41,775 nucleotides of DNA from a virus: UHGV virus genome UHGV-0209075, one strand, 5' to 3'. How positions within the stretch are numbered: position 1 is the first letter of the stretch; every line of letters starts with the position of its first letter. The translations under genes and the position numbers were made by a program. The notes beneath the pieces are model-generated. The model ran no database searches. It was not told the origin of the DNA and worked only from the letters and a program-made list of their open reading frames with translations. Below, in pieces: positions 36,122 through 41,775 of the stretch.

Positions 36122-36517
36122 TGAGAGTATACATGGTTTCAGTCAACTGCATGGTGCCGGGTGCCTCCCGGTGAATTCAGTACCAGCACCTGAATCCGCG
36201 ATTATCCCATATACCTACTCGCTGATTGCCCCTCCGCACAGGGGGATTCACCATGCCAGTTTCTTTTAACAAACTCCCCGCAAACCAGACAACAGTCAAC
36301 CGCCTGAATTGTGAAGTATTTAAAAATTTCTCCCGCTAACTGATACCCGGCTAACAGTCTGGCGTTTTCTTTTTCAGCAACGGGAAAGCAACAACCACCA
36401 CACCCGCCACCAGCACACCGTCAGCCAGCACTGACATTATCCGGCTGCTGCAATGCCACTCACAAAAACAGTAAGCAATCACTTTTTACCGTAACAAGTG
36501 ATAATCCAGATATGTAT

Positions 36518-36844
36518 CTACCCCAGATGAGTAATCCGAAGTTCATCCATACCACAGGTCCTGGCTATTCTGTTGTACTCCTGAACAAGAGCAAATAATT
36601 CTGAATTAGCAACCATGAACTCATCGCAAACCCTCTGAATAGCATCACTATTCAGAATAATAACGTCTCTTCCCGAAAGACGATCAGGAGTACAGAACAA
36701 AACTGTCAAACGGCTGAAGGCCTTTGCTCGTGCTGCATTGACTATATCAATACGCTGCCTAAGGATGAAACACCCCGACGCCTCATCAATATTCACTCTA
36801 CCCACACCATATGAATGATAAATATTTAATGCTGAAAAAACCAT
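36518..36844 (-). CDS. hypothetical protein (108 aa), AT-rich cargo ORF at the stx-equivalent position
   Basis: Only ORF >60 aa in the 36126-36984 gap; about 40% GC; no clear SD at either candidate start, so coding status uncertain. Confidence 0.35.
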   Translation of the reverse strand: MVFSALNIYHSYGVGRVNIDEASGCFILRQRIDIVNAARAKAFSRLTVLFCTPDRLSGRDVIILNSDAIQRVCDEFMVANSELFALVQEYNRIARTCGMDELRITHLG

Positions 36845-36984
36845 TGGACCGTATAACAAACACTCAATCAATACTTAACAGAACTTTTATTTTTGACAAA
36901 CATATAATATTTTCAACAATATCCTGAGCCAGGTATATTTCAGTATAAGGCTCTGCCGGAAGGAATCTGGAAGAATGAATATAG

Positions 36985-37058
36985 CGCGCTGTACTGGATT
37001 CGAACCAGTGACCGATTGCTTAGAAGGCAATTGCTCTGTCCGGCTGAGCTAACAACGC
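36985..37058 (-). tRNA. tRNA-Arg (anticodon UCU)
   Basis: Hand-folded cloverleaf: acceptor GCGTTGT/ACAGCGC, D-stem GCTC/GAGC, anticodon stem ATTGC/GCAAT with loop CTTCTAA, T-arm ACTGG-TTCGAAT-CCAGT. Confidence 0.8.
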
Positions 37059-37158
37059 TGAATACCGATAATGGACCGCCATCGGGGACCCGCCCCCGCA
37101 CCAACAACCCTGTTATCGCGTCGTCTGCTCTTCCTGATAAGCTAATGGCGGTTTGTGA

Positions 37159-37234
37159 TGGTGGCCCTTGCTGGATTTGAACCAGCGACCTGGCGATTAT
37201 GAGTCGCTCGCTCTCACCACTGAGCTAAAGGGCC
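37159..37234 (-). tRNA. tRNA with CAU anticodon (Ile2/lysidine-type or Met), CCA encoded
   Basis: Hand-folded cloverleaf: acceptor GGCCCTT/AAGGGCC, anticodon loop CTCATAA, T-arm GCTGG-TTCAAAT-CCAGC; resembles E. coli ileX by eye. Confidence 0.8.
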
Positions 37235-37270
37235 GGGAGCAGAATAATAACGGTCCGTAATTAATTCCGC

Positions 37271-37296
37271 AATAAAAAACCCGCTCGGCGGCGGGT
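37271..37296 (-). terminator. tR'-like terminator about 50 nt downstream of the candidate late promoter
   Basis: ACCCGC-tcggcg-GCGGGT followed on minus strand by UUUUUAUU. Confidence 0.5.
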
Positions 37297-37336
37297 TGTA
37301 GAAACTCTTCTAACGTCAGGCATAAAAGGCCCATCG

Positions 37337-37372
37337 TTATGACGAATTTACCACAGATTCCGGAAAAATCAA
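37337..37372 (-). promoter_or_regulatory. candidate late promoter PR' (Q-dependent) just downstream of Q
   Basis: Minus-strand TTGATT (37372-37367), 16-bp spacer, TAAATT (37350-37345). Confidence 0.4.
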
Positions 37373-37377
37373 CCTTG

Positions 37378-38199
37378 TTACCTAGTTACCTTTTTTAACT
37401 GCCGCTCAGCCCATGCTTCTTCAATATCAAACCGGGTCACCAGCGCATCATAGAATTTCTTAACTGTTTTTTCCCATGACGCGCGTGTTATCTGGTTTGT
37501 CACCTCGCATATAGCATTAAATGCCTCCGTTGATGGCAGCCTTTCACAGCCACGACCACCACAACGCTGGCAATCTCTGATAACAGGCATACCACGTTTT
37601 ACCGACTCTTCACGATGAATGGCGACACCACGCCCACGGCAATCCTTACAGGCGGTGGAAACCTCACCCTTTCCGCCACACTCCGGACAGGCAACTTTTA
37701 CCACCTCCCTGACTTTTTTCCATTCTTCCCAGTAAGACGGATACACGCCTTTTGTGCACTTTGCCCACACTGGTGGCTTACCATCCGGATACTGGATCTT
37801 GTTTGTAAAAACCTCGCTTTCAATAAATTTTTTTCCGTGACAGCAGGGGCACTGTTTTTTGCTCGCCGCGCTACGGGCATAATCTTCAAACGCATACGAA
37901 GCCATAATGCGCATCACTACCGGTTTTATTTCTGCCGGAAGTTTTCTCAACGCCGCCACACGATCGCACCGACTGAGTGCATAATCTGCCAGTAATTCTG
38001 TTGCCCGCGCCCTGTCATTCATACTGATGCCCATTTTCCCCAGGAACGCAGAAAACCCCATCTCAGCCCGATTCTGTGTCATGCCCTGCGCGGCCATCAC
38101 ATCAGTGATACTCAGCGCATCTTTTGACGTTGAGGCCGATACATCGGTCAGGCCAGGGGATTTTGGGGAGTAGTATTTCGGTAAATCTTCCAGTTTCAT
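37378..38199 (-). CDS. late antiterminator Q (zinc-binding, resembles Quu-type prophage antiterminators)
   Basis: N-terminal YSPKSPGLTDVSA...TDVMAAQGM and multiple CxxC pairs; start overlaps rusA stop; followed by PR'/tR' candidates. Confidence 0.75.
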   Translation of the reverse strand: MKLEDLPKYYSPKSPGLTDVSASTSKDALSITDVMAAQGMTQNRAEMGFSAFLGKMGISMNDRARATELLADYALSRCDRVAALRKLPAEIKPVVMRIMASYAFEDYARSAASKKQCPCCHGKKFIESEVFTNKIQYPDGKPPVWAKCTKGVYPSYWEEWKKVREVVKVACPECGGKGEVSTACKDCRGRGVAIHREESVKRGMPVIRDCQRCGGRGCERLPSTEAFNAICEVTNQITRASWEKTVKKFYDALVTRFDIEEAWAERQLKKVTR

Positions 38200-38570
38200 T
38201 TTTTGACCTGCTCTTCATGCATTATGGGGTAAATCTTCACCCCCATACGTCCACCAGATACTGGCTGACCACGAACGATATTGATTTCATCAAACTGCTC
38301 ATCGTCCATTAACACTCCCGCATGCGTCAGCGCATCCAGCGGTGCTTTCAGGATATTGTCCAGGTCGCGACGACGCTTATCCGGTGGCTCTGCAATCACC
38401 TTTATCGCCAGCCTTCCGGACAGGCTTAATTTCAGCCGCTGCTGGCGAACAATAAGCGCCACAGCCCGGCGATAACGCTTTCCCTCCTCCGAGATAAAAT
38501 ATGTGCTGCCACGGCGTCGCCAGTAAGTGTTCACCGTCGGCGGGTAAGGTAAAACCAAATCTATGAGCAT
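38196..38570 (-). CDS. rusA: RusA-family Holliday junction resolvase
   Basis: LPYPPTVNTYW...DKRRRDLDNILKAPLDALT matches RusA motifs. Confidence 0.85.
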   Translation of the reverse strand: MLIDLVLPYPPTVNTYWRRRGSTYFISEEGKRYRRAVALIVRQQRLKLSLSGRLAIKVIAEPPDKRRRDLDNILKAPLDALTHAGVLMDDEQFDEINIVRGQPVSGGRMGVKIYPIMHEEQVKK

Positions 38571-38582
38571 CAGTCACCTCTT

Positions 38583-39629
38583 TTACCCAAGCACGCCAGT
38601 TGCAAAGGCGTGATCAAGAAAACGAAAAATTAAATCAACCTGAGAACCATGCTTTTCTTCGAACGCCAGCGGATCCGCATGAAGCTCGTTGTGATGCTCC
38701 CGACACAGCGGTAGCGTGAAAATATCGTGAGATTTTGTCCCCATTCCGCCCTGACCATGACCAATCAGGTGATGGGGATCGTCGGCTGGCTTACCACAAC
38801 ACGCACACGGCTGTGTCTTCACCCAGCGTGTGTATTTCTCGTTAACCCAGCGGCGACGTTTAGGTCGTTTCATGAAAGATTCCGGAGACTCAGGATCAAC
38901 GGCAATGCTGACCACCGTCTCTTCCTGTGGCGGGTTTTGCTGGTGGGCGTGAGGCAGCGGCGCAAGATTTTTTGTGCGCTGCTTCAGTATGCTGGTGGCG
39001 GTCTGCTCTCCCGGTACGATGTCGCTTTCACGGTACATTGAGCGGATTTTTTCCGCACGCAACCCCAGCGAACGACGTAATACCGCTTCCGGTAGCGCGT
39101 CCGCCACCTGATTGCGGACCGCCCACCAGGATAATTCAGCCAGCGATAATTCCCGTTCCTGCGAGCCATTCATTGCATGGCGTATGACGTCAATCATCCA
39201 TGCAGACAGGTTTTGGTGAGCAAGTTGCCCGAGTGATTCGGAGGTCTGGTCGCGCAGCTGGTTGTCGCAGTGCCAGCACAACACCATTGCGCCGGTACCG
39301 TAACGATGTATGACGATTTCACTGTGATGATAGTCACCATGAGGCCACTGGCAGGATTTGACATGACGCAACAGCCAGTCAGACAGTGCCCCAGCGCCGC
39401 CAGCAGCACGAATCACCCGCTCATCGCTGAAAAATGGCAGTAATGATTTATCCTCCGCCAGCGGCTGGCGAACGGCAGGGACGACTCCGGACGGCAGACC
39501 GCGCATGCTTTTCGGTTCAGGCTCCACCAGCACTCGAGGGTTATGAAATACTTGCATGGATTCACAGCCCGGCCTAAGGACCACCAGCCCGAGTTCCGGT
39601 ACCAGAACAGGTCGAAGTAATACCCGCAC
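38583..39629 (-). CDS. nin-region protein with C-terminal HNH-like zinc motif (resembles DUF968 prophage proteins)
   Basis: CACCGKPADDPHHLIGHGQGGMGTKSHDIFTLPLCREHHNELH; GTG 39629 preceded by GGAGGT. Confidence 0.55.
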   Translation of the reverse strand: MRVLLRPVLVPELGLVVLRPGCESMQVFHNPRVLVEPEPKSMRGLPSGVVPAVRQPLAEDKSLLPFFSDERVIRAAGGAGALSDWLLRHVKSCQWPHGDYHHSEIVIHRYGTGAMVLCWHCDNQLRDQTSESLGQLAHQNLSAWMIDVIRHAMNGSQERELSLAELSWWAVRNQVADALPEAVLRRSLGLRAEKIRSMYRESDIVPGEQTATSILKQRTKNLAPLPHAHQQNPPQEETVVSIAVDPESPESFMKRPKRRRWVNEKYTRWVKTQPCACCGKPADDPHHLIGHGQGGMGTKSHDIFTLPLCREHHNELHADPLAFEEKHGSQVDLIFRFLDHAFATGVLG

Positions 39630-39630
39630 G

Positions 39631-39903
39631 TTACCTCCAGATGCGTTGCTGGAATGTGCGGGACGGACGCGGTGGGCGTTCAGAGTAAGGAAGCCTGACG
39701 GAGATTATCCAGTGACGATAATCGAGGCTGAGGGCTTTCTTAATCTCGTATCCGCGTCTGCGGTAGTTATGAATTAGCCATTCGGCCTGTTCTTCAGTAC
39801 ATGGTGGGTGTTGGTACCAGTCGGTTTTAAATGCGTGTGAACGCCGCTCATGCCGGATGGCAAGGTCGGTATCAGAATTGTGAAATTTGGTTTTGTGCGC
39901 CAT
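39631..39903 (-). CDS. hypothetical nin-region protein (90 aa)
   Basis: ORF with weak SD; stop 2 nt before next gene start. Confidence 0.45.
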   Translation of the reverse strand: MAHKTKFHNSDTDLAIRHERRSHAFKTDWYQHPPCTEEQAEWLIHNYRRRGYEIKKALSLDYRHWIISVRLPYSERPPRPSRTFQQRIWR

Positions 39904-39973
39904 CTGTTTTCTCTGCTGGCGCAGCAGGTGTCAGGTGTTCAGGCTGACGTGCGAATTGTAAACCAGAATGCCA

Positions 39974-40001
39974 GGAAAAAACAAAACCCGCCGAAGCGGG
40001 T
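39974..40001 (-). terminator. rho-independent terminator downstream of hok
   Basis: AACCCGC-cgaa-GCGGGTT followed on minus strand by U-rich tract. Confidence 0.55.
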
Positions 40002-40070
40002 TAAGTGCGGGTGCGTTGAGGATGCCTGACACATCAGAGGCGGCGAGGGATTTCTCCCTCGCCAAGTCTC

Positions 40071-40226
40071 TTACTCCTCAGGTTCGTAGACTGTGAAGAC
40101 AGCGACCTCCGTCTGGCCGGTTCGAATTCGTACCTCGCAGAGGTCTTTCCTCGTTACCAGTGCCGTCACTATGACGGTTAAACAGATGACGATCAGGGCG
40201 ATTAACATCGCCTTTTGCTGCTTCAT
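40071..40226 (-). CDS. hok: Hok/Gef-family type I toxin
   Basis: MKQQKAMLIALIVICLTVIVTALVTRKDLCEVRIRTGQTEVAVFTVYEPEE is near-identical to E. coli HokD/RelF as I recall it; AAGGAG SD. Confidence 0.8.
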   Translation of the reverse strand: MKQQKAMLIALIVICLTVIVTALVTRKDLCEVRIRTGQTEVAVFTVYEPEE

Positions 40227-40283
40227 AGCCTGCTTCTCCTTGCCTTTCGGCACGTAAGAGGCTAACCTAGATTTGCCGTTCAT
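40071..40283 (-). CDS. mok: mok-like in-frame N-terminally extended reading frame over hok
   Basis: ATG 40283 opens a 70-codon frame ending at the hok stop, as I recall for chromosomal mok/hok loci. Confidence 0.5.
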   Translation of the reverse strand: MNGKSRLASYVPKGKEKQAMKQQKAMLIALIVICLTVIVTALVTRKDLCEVRIRTGQTEVAVFTVYEPEE

Positions 40284-40347
40284 AGATTGAGCCTCAGATT
40301 AATGTTAAGCGTCTTGCAGGACGCGTAATGTTAACTGGGGCTTTTCT

Positions 40348-40383
40348 CTATCTGCCTTTGGTGTTCATGCCTGAGGCAGATAG
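40348..40383. other. 10-bp perfect-stem hairpin in the hok/mok upstream region
   Basis: CTATCTGCCT-16 nt-AGGCAGATAG. Confidence 0.4.
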
Positions 40384-40479
40384 CCTCAAGCACCCGCAGC
40401 AATTCTACTTAAGTTAGATAAGCTTTTCTATGGTATTCTCTCAGCGTCCCGTAAATACAGTCTCGGCTCATCATTTTTA

Positions 40480-40737
40480 TCACAGGTGCGAGGAAAATAT
40501 ATAGCGCCCTCCATCAAGCATAACGAAATACATTTTCCATTCATCGCCATTCCTCAATTTAATACGAAGACTTTCCCCGCAAGTGTATTTATTAAACAAC
40601 TGTTCCGATGTGCTAGTAAGAGGTATTTTTACCGTTATTACAACTACTGCCCCACCATTTAACTCTCGAAGTTCAGCATCCGCATCCACAAAAGATGAAT
40701 AAATGTTATGATCTGGGTAATCAACAATTAACTGCAT
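40480..40737 (-). CDS. hypothetical protein (85 aa), AT-rich cargo gene
   Basis: ATG 40737 preceded by AAGGAG (5-nt spacer); about 33% GC. Confidence 0.5.
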   Translation of the reverse strand: MQLIVDYPDHNIYSSFVDADAELRELNGGAVVVITVKIPLTSTSEQLFNKYTCGESLRIKLRNGDEWKMYFVMLDGGRYIFSSHL

Positions 40738-40876
40738 ATTCACTCCTTAAATATAGCAACTAAAACAAACAACGATTTAACAGTAGGAATTGTTTTTATA
40801 ACATATGAACGGTGCAAGATCTATCCAGATGAAGCCTCCCCTCACACCCCCCGTCTCATTACATGCATTTACTATC

Positions 40877-41392
40877 TCACCGTAAAACATCCTCCACGCT
40901 TATCAGTCCGTTTCGCTTCAGGTAGTCCATCGCCTTCTCCGGTAATTTGCAGTCCGGCTTGGCTTTTTTCAGTTGGCTGACCAGTCGTTTAACCCACATT
41001 GTTAATTCGCTAACCTGATTGCCGGAAGCTGGTGGGTTGTCGGCTTTACCCAGAATGACAGCACTGCAGGCCTCTTTGAGTACCCAATCAACAGCATCTT
41101 TCCATGCTCCTGTTTCGACTGGTGGATTCTCACGCTTTACCTGTTCATAAAAGCGCACGGCTTTAACCAGTCCTTCTGATGTCAGTGGCACAGGCGGGGC
41201 AGTGAATAACGCCTGAATTTCATAGCTCGGCCTGTCGTTGCAATCCTCTTTTGTCGGTACATATTTCCAGTCACCAACCCACGGCTCCCCCTGTGAGTCC
41301 GTAATGCCTTTTTTCACGTAGCGATATCGCCATGCAACTGGTTTTGCCTGCCCTGCCGTTTCATGCCCTTCCTGATAATTAATCTCACTCAT
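40877..41392 (-). CDS. hypothetical nin-region protein (171 aa)
   Basis: Start ATG overlaps stop of upstream small ORF (translational coupling). Confidence 0.5.
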   Translation of the reverse strand: MSEINYQEGHETAGQAKPVAWRYRYVKKGITDSQGEPWVGDWKYVPTKEDCNDRPSYEIQALFTAPPVPLTSEGLVKAVRFYEQVKRENPPVETGAWKDAVDWVLKEACSAVILGKADNPPASGNQVSELTMWVKRLVSQLKKAKPDCKLPEKAMDYLKRNGLISVEDVLR

Positions 41393-41565
41393 TCATCGCC
41401 CCACTCATCACAATATGCTTCGACCGGAGTTTTTCCTGCTTCATAATCATCACGCCATGCTTCAGCATCAGCGGCACTTCCACCGCGTAACTCTGCATAA
41501 TCCATTAACAGTTCATGCCATTCTTCAAAACTGGCGTTATATTTAGTTGAACCAAAATCAGCCAT
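41389..41565 (-). CDS. hypothetical small acidic protein (58 aa), not in ORF track
   Basis: Hand-translated MADFGSTKYNASFEEWHELLMDYAELRGGSAADAEAWRDDYEAGKTPVEAYCDEWGDE; start overlaps upstream stop and stop overlaps downstream start. Confidence 0.3.
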   Translation of the reverse strand: MADFGSTKYNASFEEWHELLMDYAELRGGSAADAEAWRDDYEAGKTPVEAYCDEWGDE

Positions 41566-41740
41566 TTTGCTCTTCCTCTTCGTCTTTTATTTCGTGATAT
41601 GAGTAATTGCAGTAGTTAAAGAAAATTTCTTTTGCTTCGTCCTTTATTTCATCTGGTGTCGCATCATCATCCACTTCGAATTCATCCTCGAAATCTCCAC
41701 CGGCTATTTCCGTTTCAATAATTATTTTAAACTTTCGCAT
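41558..41740 (-). CDS. small highly acidic protein (60 aa), AT-rich
   Basis: ATG 41740; about 35% Asp/Glu; upstream AGGAGG separated from the ATG by a GC hairpin CCGCCC-gaaa-GGGCGG. Confidence 0.45.
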   Translation of the reverse strand: MRKFKIIIETEIAGGDFEDEFEVDDDATPDEIKDEAKEIFFNYCNYSYHEIKDEEEEQNG

Positions 41741-41775
41741 TTAACTACCGCCCTTTCGGGCGGCCTCCTGATGTT

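Larger units (their letters stand above)
1..41775. mobile_element. near-complete temperate lambdoid phage genome (HK97-like head genes, lambda-like tail genes, phage-21-like lysis genes), circularly permuted with internal attP
   Basis: Every substantial ORF is phage-like; int-attP-tail fibre junction at 10980-12016; both window edges lie in minus-strand nin-region genes; no host genes seen. Confidence 0.8.

Noticed and set aside
36084-36269. 61-aa plus-strand ORF in the Q-S cargo slot
   Set aside because: Overlaps the terminator hairpins, no RBS, junk-like translation.
37059-37158. Possible third tRNA between the two called tRNAs (Stx phages carry three)
   Set aside because: No T-arm or acceptor-stem pairing could be folded in this interval.
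1-41775. CRISPR array, Stx or other AB5 toxin genes, N-type antiterminator
   Set aside because: No regularly spaced direct repeats, no toxin-like ORFs at the Q-S slot, and no small Arg-rich N-like ORF in the early-left arm were found by eye.
1-41775. Single integrated prophage with attL and attR and host flanks
   Set aside because: Only one att core is present and it is internal, with int on one side and the tail-fibre end on the other; both window edges are phage nin genes.

Overview
This 41.8-kb window reads as an essentially complete temperate lambdoid phage genome in phage-form (circularly permuted) order, not a prophage flanked by host DNA. Minus strand, left end: a Rac/lambda-like immunity-replication module (cro-like, cII/YdaT-like, O-like, P-like, nin genes). 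Plus strand: a divergent CI-type repressor, then an early-left/integration arm (824-aa protein with a C-terminal DEDDh exonuclease domain, excisionase-like gene, lambda-family integrase). An internal attP follows, carrying the 3' ~61 nt of a tRNA-Ser-like sequence. The rest is on the minus strand: lambda-like tail genes (stf, lom, J, I, K, L, M, tape measure, G/GT frameshift pair, major tail protein), HK97-like head genes (capsid, protease, portal, TerL, TerS, HNH), a phage-21-like lysis cassette (pinholin, SAR endolysin, Rz/Rz1), two phage tRNAs, a Q-type antiterminator, RusA and nin-region genes including a hok/mok type I toxin. No single compelling novel multi-gene system stands out; the candidates are accessory cargo at classical moron positions: (i) a membrane-anchored protein gene encoded antisense inside the replication operon; (ii) the rex-equivalent locus downstream of cI, with a zinc-ribbon gene, a ~550-nt structured non-coding stretch (tandem hairpins, a perfect 19-bp inverted repeat) and two coupled small ORFs; (iii) a two-gene cassette between the tail fibre and attP; (iv) an AT-rich YfbU-like gene at the bor position; (v) an AT-rich ORF at the stx-equivalent position; (vi) AT-rich small genes around hok. 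The CI repressor carries Ala where LexA/CI-type repressors have the catalytic Ser. All functional calls rest on by-eye motif, remembered-sequence and synteny recognition; no database search or folding program was run. Coordinates of non-ORF features are hand-counted and may be off by a few nt.
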